Assembly (NCBI GenBank): GCA_964188305.1
Contig: OZ076902.1
DNA length: 64,000 nucleotides
Strand: one strand, 5' to 3'
DNA from: Podarcis bocagei
Taxonomy: Eukaryota
A model generated the notes under the pieces. That model worked only from the letters and a program-made list of their open reading frames with translations. It was not told the origin of the DNA and made no database searches. The translations under genes and the position numbers were made by a program. Numbering within the stretch: the stretch's first letter is position 1; each line of letters opens with the position of its first letter. Positions 36,401 through 50,900 of the stretch are shown one piece after another.

Positions 36401-39400
36401 TTTTTTTAATTACCCTTCAGAGTAGTTTACCAAAAATTATCAATAGCAAAAATTAACAATAGTTTAAATACTTTTGAAAAGTTAAAACAGACTAAAAGCA
36501 GATTAAAACACACACCATCTTTTTAAACCACTTGGTAGACTTGGCTTTTAGCCAGCGCAAAAAAAGAGTACAATGAAAAGAACTTGCCTGCTGTCAATAG
36601 GCAGGGAGTTCCCAAGTGTGGGTGAGGCCACACTGCAACCCTGAGTTCTTACAAACGGGGAATGGGTATTATGAACCAGTTCCACCAATCATGAAGACTC
36701 GCTGTTATTGGTACCCCAGGTTCTGACCAACAGAGCTGACAGGCCTGACCAGGTTACCTGCTGGCTTTGTCCTCATTCAGTCAAGTGCTTTAATTGCAAG
36801 CTATGTCAGGCGCAAGCACAAGCGATACAGCCTCCCCACCCCCACCCCCACCCCAGGTATTTGGAGGCCTCCACTGACTTGCACTTGCCTCCCCCATCTA
36901 TGCACAGTCCATCATCATACCTGCAGCCGAAGCTGAGCCATGTCTCTCATGAGCCTGTTCCGGCGAGCTTCCTCAGCGGCCTAAGGGAGAGCAAAGGGAA
37001 TGATGCACGTCAAACTGCCTTTGCACCTATGGTCCCATTCCACAACTCTGGAATGGTTCCTCCACTTCCTTTCGCTATCCATGGGTGGTGAGATGGTTAG
37101 AGGGTGTTGGAACTATGACCTGGGTTCAGATTCCCACTCAGCCATGGAGCTTGCTGAGTGGTCTTGGGCCCGTCACTACCTCTCAGCCTACCCCACCTCA
37201 CAGGGATTGTTTTGAGGATAAAATGGGGAGCAGGGGAAGAACTATGTACAGCCCCTTGAGCTCCTTGGAGGAGGTGGTGGCATATAAATATAAGAAATAA
37301 ATCTACTGTAAGGTCACAGAGGCCTAAATATGCAATACAGTATAAACAGTGTAAAATTGCATGCTCTGAATACTCTCCCCATCCCCTAGTTGAAATGTAG
37401 TCTGCAAACAGTCTAAAGGACCCTTCTTTTTGCTGATAGCCACAGAAATAACACTGTAAAGCATTTTTACACTTTCCCTAGATGTTTTTTTTTATGGGCA
37501 AAGAAAGTGCTAAGTTGAAGACTAGAAATGTGGCTACTACAAGTCTTTTCTCAGCCACTCACTTCCACATCACCCCTGAAACTTCCATCAGATGCTTCCC
37601 ATGCATTTTCTGATATTTTCTCAGGCTTCACCGGTGACATAAACTCACAAATGGAGGAGAAGAGCTGTGCAATGCACAGGCATGTGACAAGACAGGGAAT
37701 GCAAGAGGAGGTCCCTGTATGGCTATCAAGCCTTGGTCTTCACTGGAGCATGTTTGTTCTATCCCACTACTCCCCTCCAGCCCACCCTGGAAAAGCTCAC
37801 CATGCGGAACTGGGCCTGGGCCTGCTGGAGCAAGCCGTCCTGCTCCGACTGAGCAATGCTGATGAAGATCCCAACCTCCGGGTTGAACTGCAGGATACTG
37901 CCTTGCAGGTGGGTGATGAAGTGTCCGAAACTCCGGACGCAACAGATGCGAACCACGGACTGTAATGAAGAAAGAGGAGGAGGGCCTGGTGGGTGGGGAG
38001 GGCAGGGAGCGCGTCCAATTGAGGCCGAGATGGGGGCTCACACACACTAAAGCAAAGCAAAAGCTCCCCTCCTGAACACCTGAAAGGCTACAGGAACAGC
38101 CGGGACTTGGGAGGGCAAAGGATGGGCCAAGCTGGCTGACCTCTCGCTGCAAAGGATCAAAGGGAATGTTCAGCCCTGCTCCCTGCAAAGAGCTCCTAGG
38201 CCAGAAGGATCAAACCCCACCCAGCGACACCAGCTGACTGACAGGTGGGCGTGGTTTGGGAAAATAGCCTCGCACACCAAACTGGGCTCCTTTGGTGGGA
38301 CAGGACTGGCCTGCGAGCTAGAGGTTCCCCACCCCTGAAGTCCTGGAGCAAAGGTTCTACTTGCCCTCACGTCGTCGTCCCCCAGTCCAGAAGCCTCCCA
38401 TGACTTCTGAAATCCAGCACCAAAACCAGCCTCTTACCTCCTCCACTTCTGCAAGGAGAGGCCTGTCCTGCTCGAAGTTGAACCTCTTGTGTGCGTTCTT
38501 CAGCGGGGGAAGGTTGCGGAGGGCCATGTCCTCTGGGAGCAGCAGGCAGGCAGGCAAGTCTGGCAGCTCACACCCAGGCAGCATGCTCTTCACCTCGTTG
38601 CAGAGGAACAGCCCTGCGCATCAGCAGTGGGGATGGGAGGGGACAGAACGGCGGCTTTATATTTCTGGGACCCAGAGGCAGAAGGAGCAACTAGAAAGTC
38701 ACACGAAACGCTAGTCCTCAAGGGCACGTCTAGTCTAAAACTGGGCCTTCCACAACTCCTCATGGTGCCAGCTCTGACTCTGCCACACACGGGAGTCGGC
38801 CCCGCAGGAAGCCCAAAGGGGGAAGATGCTCCTGGCTTGGGATGCTTGTGTCTCCTTCGAAGAACAGGGTTGTAGCTCAGTGGAAGACCAAATGCTCTGC
38901 ATGTAGAAGGTTCCCCAGATCGACCCCCAGCATCTCCTCCAGGAAGGGATGGGAAACAAACACACACACAGAGGCTGTTGCCAGATCAAGGTAGACGGCA
39001 CTAGGCTAGATGAGTAACTTGACTCTGTGTAAAGTGGCTCATTACATTTCCATATCATGACCAGCTCTGACAGTAAGCGCTATTCAACGGTGGAACGGAC
39101 AACCTTGGAAGCTGGTGGACTCTCCATCATGGAAGGTTTTTGAACAGAGTTTGGAGGTGGGGGCATCTGCCAGGGACTCTGCACCTGTTATTTGTGCATT
39201 GAAGGACATTGGCTTAGATACCCCTTGAGATCCCTTCCAACTCTACGATTCTGATTCTTTTCATGAGGCATACAGAAGACCTCAGCAGGAGCTTCCCTCT
39301 CTGAATCCAGACAAGCCACCATCAGGTAAGCAAGTGTGGCCTTGAAGGTGGAACTGGCGGAGCTGCTCCCACAGAAAGGGGCTTTGTGCTTACTCCACTG

Positions 39401-41579
39401 CATAGCATACGAGCTTGGTAGACTTCTCACGTTCTTCTGGAACTAAGCAATGGAATTCCAGAAGAATGCAAGAAGTCTACCAAGCTCAGGTATTGTCTAT
39501 GCAGATTGGGACAGTAGGTCTCCAAGGGTTTCCAGCAAGGGACATTCCCTGGTTCACCAAGAGATGGTGGAGACTGCAAACTGAAGATTCCAGGTTCAAA
39601 GAAGTCACTTTGTGTCACTAGACTTCCCACCACCTCTCCCCATTTAAAAACAGCAGAAAAACTGGGTGTAAAGCAGGAAAAAGACCCAGGAAACTAGCAA
39701 GAGTGCCTGAGCTGCACAGGAAGTTGAAATTCAAGTGTCAGGGGTGGGGTGGGGGGACATTAGAAAAGGAAATTTCTTCTAAAAGTTACCTGAGTCCTGA
39801 AGGTCTCCAGCTGAAGGAAGCAGGTTCAGAAGGACAGAAAGTCTGTTCCATAAACTCTGAGAACTCTGGAGAAGGGAAAAATCACCACAAACAAATGGAA
39901 GTTGAGCATGTGTTGAATATTAGGACTTGGGCCAGAGATCCAGGTTCAAGCCCTTGCTCAGACTGGCCAGCTGCTACCACCTCCCAGCCTAACCTACCAC
40001 ACAAAGTCAGCACCAGGATAAAATGGGATGTCCGTTTTACTACAGCTGAGAGCAGGAGGCCCTTGAAGGTTGCACTCGAAATAAAGTGCAAGAGGGTGTG
40101 AGCGTGTGTGGATTTAAGGTAGCAATGGGGCAAGAATAGGGCACTGAAACACTCAACCTCTCCCACCCACCTTTCTTCCCCAGCTTGGCTTTGACTGTGG
40201 AATAGAGCTCAGCTGGAAGAAAATTACCTGGGAGGGAAGGGTTCACAGCTCCCCTTGCTACTTTAAATCACAAGGATTACATGAAGTGTGCATTTGAAGG
40301 CATGGGTCTGTCACCCTCACATTAGTTTGAGGTCTACTTGAAATCCCATCCTTTTCCCTACGATTTATCTGATAAATATCAGAACTGTGGGTCATTTATA
40401 CCTCCAGCGCCCCTTTGACTCTTAGCGCGGATGCGCACACACCCCATACCCCCGGTAATCCCACCGCCCCACCAGGGCTGGTACCACCCACTTTGGGATC
40501 CACTGCTTTTATCAGTTACTTCTACTTTTAGCACTTAATGGCAAACTGCTTTATACAGGCTGGCAAGTGCAGTGGTTGAGTGCACAAGATAGAGGCTCAT
40601 TCAACAGCCCAGAGGTGTAAGCTGAAGAAGTCGTGTAAGTGGGATTCTCCCCCATTACCCCTCCCTACCTGTGCACACATGATGATGAGATCAGTGTTGG
40701 TTCTCAGCCAGTCCAGAAATACTTTGACAGTCGGCAGCAACCCCTCATTGGTGATGATCTCCAGCTTCTCCTGGAGAGAACGCTCGTTCCTGCAGGATTT
40801 ACTGCTAGAGACGCTCTCTTCCGACTCAGAAACATCGTCTTGGACAAGACAAACGGATCGTTAAAAACAAGGAACTTAGATAATTAAACAAGGAGTGCAG
40901 ATTGGAAAATGCAATTCTCCTCCAGAGGAGAGACACCCACCTACCCTGCCAAATGCTTTTTATCTGGCCCCTGGGAATCAAGAGGTTTTATCAAGTTTTA
41001 ATCTAGAGGTGATGAAAAGCAGTAGCTGGCAACTTCACAGAAAAGAAAATCACTCCCTACGAGTAGGGATGGTGGAGGAGATTTAGTGCACAATTTAGTA
41101 CACCACCCTGCCTCAACTTCCTTTCTGCCACACTTCTGCCCCCATCTGCAGTATAAATTTAAAGCAGCACCATACCATTTTAAAGAGTCATGGCTTCCCC
41201 CAAAGAATCTTGGGAAATGAGGTTTGTTCTGGGATTCTTAGGAGGAATAAGCCACGACTGTGATATGCTGCTGCTTTGAATGTATAGTGCAGATGGGGAC
41301 ACAATGTCAAAGATTACAAGACAGGTTTGTCACCCCACTTTAAGACAGCAATGTTTTGGGGGCGCATAGCTAATGCTGGCCTGGAAATGGATATCAAAGG
41401 AGTTCTCATCTTGCCCCCTTCCCCACTTACACCTCTGCGTTGGCAACCGGGATCTGTGTCAGCCAGATCTCACCCACAAATCACCCTCTACAAAATCCTA
41501 AGGTCTTTCCACCCCACTTCTGCTCACACACCCTTTTCTCCACTCATGGAAGGGACCTCCTTTCCAATCTAGTGTACAT

Positions 41580-41632
<53 letters not shown>

Positions 41633-44600
41633 TTGCTCAGTCATTTTGGACTTCTCCACGTCCCCATTGACACATGGCTTGCTGTCCACCACCTCTTTCG
41701 GGGCAGGCAGCTCACAGTTTGGTTTGAGGAGGACGTTGCTGAAAGTGGGGGCCAGTCGGAAGCAGCGCTTGGTCTGGAAGAGCTGCGTGGACATGGCCTG
41801 GAGGTTGCTGGCTATACTGGCATCACTGGCGCCCAGCAAGCCTGGCCCGTTGGCCGCAGGAGGCTCCAGCAGGGGCTCAGTCTTGGCAACGCCAGGGCTT
41901 TTCAAGTCCACCAGCCTGCCAACATCCCCTTCCGCAGAGTCCAAAGCCTCCGGGGCGCCGTTCTTCATGCCCTTGGCTTGGCTGCCCCCCTCGGCGTCTG
42001 GCTCGTCCTCCATGTCTTCCAGGTCTGAGCGTGACTCCTGGCTGTTCATGTCCGAGTCGGTCTCCACGTCAAAAGCCGCCTCGGCCTCCTCGTCGCTCTT
42101 CTCTGAGCCGCTCTCTGAGCCGTCACTCCCTTTGGTGGAATCTGGGCTAGAGTCGGAGTCAAAGCCCTCGCTCAGGTCGCTCTCGTCCACCTTCTGGACA
42201 TGGCGGCGACGGCGCAGGCAGGAGAGGCGTGAGTATTTCTTGCCCTTCTTGCTCTCGCTCTTCCGCTGCTCCTCACTGGGTCGGTGGTTGGCCAGATCCC
42301 CTTCGGCTTCTCTCTCAATAGAGTTCAAGGATTCCCGGGCCTCCAGATCCTCTGCAAAAGAGCAGCCAAACACACATTTTTGGAAACTCTAAAGATACAC
42401 AAACCGGCTTGACTACTGTTTCGTTGCAACACCTGCCACAAAGACTTTATATCAGTGGCTCCTGAAGTTGGCGGCTTGGGGGGCGGTGGGATTACCTGGG
42501 GGGGGGGGCGCAAAGGGGCAAGAGATGGAAGGGGGTGCTGGAGGTGTGAATGACTGTGTCAGATTTTTGGAAAGCTGGTCTCATTGGATCAAGTTCATAA
42601 ATTTTGTTGAATTAATTAAACTAAATAGTTTTAACTGAATTTTTAATTACTGTGCAATTCATTGTTGCTGTTCACAGTTTTACAGTGGTACCTTGGTTGT
42701 CAAACGGATTGGCTCCCAAACAAATCGGCTCCCAAACGCAGCAAACTTGGAAGTGAGTGCTCTGGTTTGCAAACGTTTTTTGCAAGCCGAATGTCTGACA
42801 CAGCTTCCACGGCTTCCGACTGAGTGCAGGAAGCTCCTGCAGCCAATTGGAAGCCGTGCCTTGGTTTTCGAACGGTTCTGGAAGTCGAACAGATTCCCAG
42901 AACGGATTAAGTTTGACAACCAAGGTACCACAGTATTGTGTTATTATCTTCATCCAGTGAAGCTGAATGGTGGGAGAGTCATGACAGGCAAAAGGAAAGA
43001 CTTCTGCACACAGAACGTAAGTTAAACTAAGGTATTCACTCCCACAAGATCTAGTGATGACCCCCAACTTGGATGGCTTTAAAAGGGGTTTGGAAAGGCT
43101 ATCACTGGCTTCGATTACTATCTTCTGCTGGGGTTGGGTCCTGTCTCCCTGCTTCCTATAGGTATTTGGCTGGCCACTCTGTAAACAAGGTGCTGAGCCA
43201 GACAGGCCTTTGGTCTGATTCAGCAGGGCTATTTTCAAGTTCTTACAGACTCTCCCCAAAGAACTTCCCAGGATCCCCTAGGAAAAGTAAATAACTGTTA
43301 ACCAGATTATTTTCACCACTGCCTGCCTCGTCACAAGAGCAGAACGCAGTGTGGAAGATGGAAGGCAAGGATCTTAGAATGGGCAAACTTAACCCTTCTT
43401 GCAGCCCTCACCTGTGCCATCATTCCGAAAGGCTGGAACTGGATTCTCGCCTTCTTCCAGCTCTGCTTGCAGGCGAATATTGACGTGGTTGATGAGGTGC
43501 GAAAAGAGGGCCAGTGTGAATGCAATGGCTGCACTATACTGCTTGGAGCCTGTAAGGAGAGAGATGAGGAAGCATCAGCGTCAAGGGGAGCTGGCAACTG
43601 AATGGGAAAAACAGTGCCTGCAACGTCCGTGGGGGAGCAAACTCCATAATTATGCATTTACCTTTATTCAACTGCAGGCACCCAAATGCCTTTGGGCTTC
43701 TTTATGTGATCAAAGTTAAAATTCTTGTCAACTCACTGTTATTCAGAAATTTAAAAAGCCTTTCTGCAACAAAACTAAGAACTCCATTCAGCCACTTGCA
43801 TATATCATGTGCCCCCTTCCACAGGAGGGTCCGGAGGGTGGCAACTTGAGATCAGGCCTTTTCAGTGTTGGCTCCCTGTTTGTGAAATGCTCTCCCTGGG
43901 AAGGCTCACTACTTGGTGTCATCATTACATAGGCTTCAGTCGCCAGGCAAAAACACTCCTTTTAAACCCGGCCTTTGGCTTTGAACTATCTATGGCCTTT
44001 TAGAGCGAGTGGGATGTTTTAATATATTATCCCATCCTAGTTGCTTCAAATTGCCATGGCAAAAAGGCAACTAACAAATTTAATAAATGCTAATGCTAAT
44101 GATATGCTAAATATCCAGACTCTTTGAGTCTATGAACTCTATGATTCTATGAAAATACAAATTTAAAGTGAAATGAAAGAAAATGCTTCGATCCCAGATT
44201 TACTCTGTGAGCACCTGAGCCCAGGAGTCAATGACTGTGTTTTATGAAGTGGATGCTGAACCACCTCATCTTTGCTGCTGTTCTGGAAACAGGAAGAGTT
44301 TGAGAGATGCTAGCTCAGTTCAACCAATCATATTATAATGAGAGGCCGACAGGGCAGCTTAAAACCTGCACACCAAGTCTGCAAGAGGAGGACACACCAC
44401 ACACAGCCACGCTGCTCACCTGCCCTCTTGAGGCTGTGGACGCTCATCAGACAGACAATGACCATCCGGAAGATGAGGAGGTCTGGCAGGAAGGAGTAGC
44501 CATTCTCGCACTCCTCTTCGTCGTCATTGGCAGAGCTCGTGTTGGGCGAAGAGGGCAAGTAGAAGAGGCAGAGGTTGAAATCCTCCAGTACTGACTGGCA

Positions 44601-47600
44601 GAGAGACGTCAGCTCAGAGTCTGCAGAACTGAGAGGTGGGTGACAAGGAGAGATGAGCCACAGAGGATTGTCCCACAGCAAACAGGAGGTGCAAGCAGTT
44701 GAAACAGGTCAAGCCTCTCCAAACCCTAGGCAACCACAGTGGTTATGCAACCCCCATAACGAGTCCTCATCTGCAGAGGCTGAGCCGACGAGTGGGTAAC
44801 TAAGAACCAGGCAACCCTGATACTTGATCTGAGGGCACATTCTCCCCAAGGTGCTTTAGACTCGCCCGACAAATTAGGAACTTAAGAAGCTGCCTTATAT
44901 GAAGTTGGACCACTGGTCAGTCTAGATCAGTATAGTCTACACTGACCAGCAGTGGCTCTCCAGGGTCTCAGGCAGAAAGCCTTTTCCAACCCTACTTGGG
45001 ATTGAACCCAGGACATTTGGCATGCAAAGCAGATGCTCTACTGCTGAGCTATGGCCCTTCTCAAGGGCCAAGGGTGATGCATCCTCCCTAGTGGTGGGAG
45101 ACTCTCAACCGGTGAAAAGGCAATGCTGTCAATTAGCTTAATTATTTTTGTACGTCCAGACCTAATATCATTTCCACCTTTTATTAGCAAGAATCACTCT
45201 AGTTCTGCAGAAGAGTGTTGGAGCAAGGAATTCTCCTTCCCCTCATGGGAAGTTATTCCAATGCCCTTGAGATTGTTTGGACCAGTATATTATCCCAATG
45301 TAAAAGTGCTTTGCTTCAGCTACATAATCTACCAGGAGTTAACAAAACAGCACAGCAAGAATAAAGACGCAGAAGACTCACCTGCTCTTTGGCTGAAGGA
45401 GGCTCTGCAAGTACATGAAACTCACCAGTAACCTCTTAATGTCTTTGCACCTGCGGGGGTTGGGGGTGGAGTTGGGAGAGGGAAAGAGAAGAGGAAGGGC
45501 ACAATTATCCCAAGGAGGTAGTCAAGGAAGATTTTCCAGTGGTTTCAGATAAGGCCTAAGTGCCCAACAGCTCTAGCTCCACCCCCAAGACTACTAGAAA
45601 CAAAGTAAGTTCAGCAAAGGAGAAGGCATTTGTGCAAAATGGGGAACTGTGGCAAATCTACTCAATCTACTTATTTTCTAGAGATTGCAGAGTTCACTTT
45701 GCTTGGCACAGAATCTGGACTGTTCCTTCTCTTTCTCGTCATTTGGTCATTTTCACCCCTTGTAATATAATGCTTCTTAAGACTCTGAGGAAGTCCTATA
45801 GCTATGCAGCCAGCACCACAAAGGCAAAGGAAATTTCAGGCACAGCCAATATTAGTATGTGGCAGACACATTCTCCAATTTGGAATAGGAGGGAGTTGAA
45901 ACCAAACAGCAGCAGCTTTGGCAAAGGACTACTTCACTCACCAAAGTGCACTGGAGCCTCAACTGAAGAGCAGTCAGGAAAGACAAGGAGTGAGAGTCCT
46001 AATTCCGAATAAGCCTCAATTGCACAAAGCCACAGTTTTTCATCTCTCATAACCCCTCAGTTACCACATTCTTAATGCTGAGAAAACCCATCGCTAAAAT
46101 TTAGTAGGGCCAGGCTTGGACTGGCCAAGGTGTTGCATATAAACCTCAGCTCAGGCTGGCCTTGAACCAGACATTTCTCTCTCTGCATCACTTTCCCCAT
46201 TCATGAAATAGGCTGTTATGGTAAACAAGAGGGCAGTAACACACCTTTGCACACCCAAACAGCCTGCACTGTCTCATCCACTTGCATTTCAATTCTCACA
46301 TGCAGCACCACACAAATGGTGTGTCCCTCCTTCCCTTCCCCCTTAAGGCTCAAATTGCAAGTGTTAACTCCAGATGACTATTAGGAAACCATCACAATCC
46401 ATCAAACCAATAAATTCGGGGGGGGGGGGTTACATGTGCTCATTGGCATGTCATCCCGCTGGGGTCAGTCACAGGTGTTTCTCTATGGAATTAGGTAATG
46501 TTCACAGAGGCTGGATAATACTCTACCTCTGGACATGTCTACCAGAACACTGGACAGATTTTGAGATTTGCTCACCGCAGGACTGAACCACATTACTTCC
46601 TTACCTCTTTTTGCTGGGTGACAGTTTCCTGGTTTCACATTTCTTCAGCTGGTGATACATTTTGGCCGCCTTATCATACAGGCGTTTGAGATTCCCATAA
46701 GCACCTTCAAAGGACACTTCAGACTGGATACTAAACAGGCACAAAACCCCAAAAGCAGAAATGTTAAATTCTCAGTAAAACCCCAAACAAGCAGCAGGTT
46801 ACACTTGACAAGGTCAAAAGTGCAGAATTTTGCCACCTGTAGAATTTATTGAAATCAAGCAAGTTTGCACCTCTTGGCTTGTTTCACTTAACTAGTTTTA
46901 CACTTGTAAGACTTTGAGCAAAGCTCTGCAAGGCCTTGGCTGCATCCAGATGTCATATTTTGTTAAGAATGACATTTCCTTCCTCCTGGCATCCAAGCAG
47001 AAGTTCAGAATTTTTCACTTCTGGTTTCAGTTAAACAGCTTAGCATTGTATTCGATGCCTAAAGGTAAAGGTAAAGGTACCCCTGCCCGTAGGGGCCAGT
47101 CTTGACAGACTCTAGGGTTGTGCGCTCATCTCACTCTAGAGGCCGGGAGCCAGCGCTGTCCGCAGACACTTCTGGGTCACGTGGCCAGCATGACGAAGCT
47201 GCTCTGGCAAACCAGCACCGGAGCAGCACACGGAAATGCCGTTTACCTTCCCGCCGGAGCGGTACCTATTTATCTACTTGCACTTAAGGGTGCTTTCGAA
47301 CTGCTAGGTGGGCAGGAGCTGGGACCTAACGACGGGAGCTCACCCCACCGCGGGGATTCGAACCGCCGACCGTGTGATCAGCAAGTCCTAGGCACTGAGG
47401 TTTTACCCACAGCGCCACCCGTGTCCCATTCGATGCCTAGACTGTGGCTAATCATAACCATGGCTTGCTGGCACAAACCAGAGTTTGAAGCTGGTTTGTT
47501 TTAAACAAACCATAATTAATAATAGTTTGCCAAGTTCAGGCAACATGACTAGCTGCACTGAATTGAAAACAGAAGCTTCAAAATTCCTATTTGTGGCTGT

Positions 47601-47866
47601 GCTGGAAATGGGAGAAGGTGCAATCCCTGGGAGGTCAGACTCCTTCCCTTCACCATAAACCCAAGGTACAGCACTCCCCTGTCAACCACTAGAAATCTCA
47701 TTCAGTGTCCCCTCTGGTTTCAGTCACTTTGTCAAGCATCACTCACACACCCAAGCGTGCAGGCTGATTCACACCATTCCAGAGCAAGAACCCCATGTTT
47801 GCCACTGAGCAAACCTCAGCTAATCCTCTCTCATTAATGTGCCTGTTCATTTGACAAAATTACCAA

Positions 47867-47940
<74 letters not shown>

Positions 47941-50900
47941 CTTTTGGGTATGTATCTAAAATGTAACATGAGAGAGGCAGAGTCGCTCATGTTTTTAAGT
48001 CACAGAGCTCCACATACCCATCAACTAGGATAACTTTCCCACTCTGTCTAGCATAGTCACCCTCCTCCACAGAGTTCTGAAAGAAAAGCGTGGGATTCCC
48101 TACTTTGTATTGTCAGAAACAGGACTCTCTCCAATGACACAAATTAAGAGAGCAAGTGTGATATAGTGGTTAGAGTGTCAGACTAGGACTGGAGAGACGA
48201 GGGTTCGAATCACCACTCAGCCATGAAGCTCACTGGGTGACCTGGGGCTAGTCACTCACTCTCAGCCTAACCTACCTCATAGCGTTGTGAGGATAAATTG
48301 GGGGTGGGTGGGTGGGAGAACTATGTACGCCACCTTGAGCTGATTGAACAAAATGTGGGCTATAAATGTAATAAATAAATAAACAAATGATAGAATGCCT
48401 TGCCTCTTCACTGAAGCTCCTGTGCATGCCACAGGGTTCAGAGTATGAATGAGGTCTTCCCACCTTTTCAGGAAGGTGGTAAGAAACAGCTTGAGAGGGG
48501 AAGAGGAAAAGCCACCAGAAACTGTTATAATTTTGCTTTCAAAAGGTCTAGGAGGGAAGGGATATTATGCTTCTGAGCAAGCCTACAAGCTCCAACATCT
48601 GCGGAGTGGAAAGACTCGATCAACAAGCACATTTCCAAAACAAAAAATGAACCCCATTTGTACAATATTGGAACCAACTTAGATCTGGAGAGGTGACAGC
48701 ACTAGACATACTAGCAACGATGGAATCTTCTGAGTTGGCAGGCCTCTTTGGGGAGACTTACTCATCTCTCACTTGAAGTTTACAATGTATTTTAAAAATA
48801 ATTAAAGCAGAAATTCTGTGGAATTTGGTGCCTAAAACCGACTTGCAAGCTACACAGCACCCCGCTCACAAGTTCCTGGGATTGATTTATTTTTAGCTGC
48901 TTTTCAAGGACTGACAGCCCAAGGGCACAGGCTGCACGCACACTTGTAACAGAGCAACCAGCATCCAGGCAGTCAGGTTAGGCAGCTATGGGAACCACAT
49001 TCCAGCTATGCACAGAGCAAGAAAGTCAACAGGCGATACACTGCACAGTGAAAAGTCCTCTCTGCCCCAAAGCAACAGGTGGACTCGCTCTCCTTGGGAG
49101 GCACACTCACCAGCGCAGGTAGCAGTAGGTGGCTTCCACGTTGTAGTAGTTGCTCCCCGCCAGTGTCCCCAGCTGGTTAAAAGGCATACCTGTCCCAAAA
49201 AGGCAGAAGTGAGTCAGCTCCACATGTGCTTGTCCAAATCTCCCAACAGCAGCCAAAAACCCTGGAGTCTAGAATCCCACCTAGGATCTGCGGCTGTACC
49301 TGAGCAAGTCATATTCAGAACAGTCCCAGTGAAATCAGAGGGCACGATCAGCTTAGCCCACTGATTTCAATGGGTCTACTCATACACTTGTGAGGGGATT
49401 ATTGTTTTTATTTGTTACTATGGTATGCATTTTTTTGTTTTTATATTGTAAACTTCCCTGTGATCCTCAGATGAAGGGCAGCATAGAAATTTCATACATA
49501 CGTACAACCCATGGCCTTTTTGCAAGTACAAGAGGCTGCTCTTCCTTACTTTGCAGGAAGACTGCAGAAGGAATTGTGTTAGAGCCCATAAAGGACCAGA
49601 GGAGATGGGCTCCTTCCAGAAAGGCATATCCAGTCATTTCCACCATTTGAGCAGCTGGAAGGCAGAACTTAAGAGGAACCCAAAAGTGACAGGGAGTGGG
49701 AGCTTGATCATTCATCCTGCACAGCCTGAATCTCTCAGCCCCCTTCCCTTTATGGCCAGGCTGTGTCTAAAGCCCTGGAAGCAGCCAAAACACCTTTCAA
49801 AACATCTGTGCAGCCTGGTCCTACAGCTGTCATCAAGATTTTACAGGCGGGATACACACTGGCTGAGCTTCCACAGACCCAAGAACGTCGTTTGAACTGT
49901 GGAACTGTTTTTTATTGGACACAGGAAGCTGCTTTGTGGAAATAGTTCTTCAAAAAGAAAGGGACACATTTTTAAATACATAAAAATTGGCTGATAGACT
50001 GGCAAGGTTGGCTCTGCCAATTAAGTGACTTCTTGTTGTGCTGGCTGAGAGAGAGAGGGGGGGCACGGGGTTCTCCACCGCCTTCCTGTCCAGAGTAACC
50101 AGGAAGAGAAAATAGCTGCAACAGTGGGAAAGGTTACTGCCAACACCACCACGGCCCTCTGAATCCAGGGAGAGAAGTCATGGAGGTACATTGCGATGCT
50201 ATCGTTCTCCCACATCCATGGTTGACGGGCTGGGTGGGCCCAGAGATGCTTCCGCAAAACATGTAGGAAAAGTCCTGAAGCTGTTGAGTACTGGGGATTT
50301 CTCTCAGCAGACAACACACAGGAAGGACAGTGTGCATGTACGTGATACACCCACTTTGCTTTCAGCTTGGGAGATAACCATCACAGGCCCAATTTGGCTC
50401 AGATCTGTCAAAGAATCCCTTGCTCCATTGCCTCTAACAAGAGCCAAGAGCAGCCCGAGGCAGGGCAGTAGTTTACAAATACTGACCATCTTAATTGTGA
50501 GCAGGCTGGCAAACATTCCAATGGGCTAGTAACTTGAAGACAAAATTGCCTGGTAGACAAATCTGGGGGAAGGATCATAAGACATGGACTAAACACTTAC
50601 CAATTTGTGGTGCAACAGAAAGGGCTTGATAGTAAAATCTCTCGGCCAGCAATTCTGTGTCCACACCTGCTAATTCGTTCTGATACCGAGCTGATAAGGA
50701 AGAAGCACACACAAGAGACTTATGGATTGCAGTAAGAAAAGGTATAGAATTGCAGCACAATGCTATAAAACCATGTGGGAGGCCTTACGGGCAAGTGAAA
50801 TGGTGAGGCTTTATTCAATAAATGGAACAAATTCACATCTCTGGGCAGTTGGAAAGTATAAATAACTTTTCACAATCCTCTTGAAGTTACCAAAGTCCAA

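Noticed and set aside
41633-42392. Plus-strand ORFs of 131 and 248 aa
   Set aside because: Antisense shadows of SMG5 exon 12
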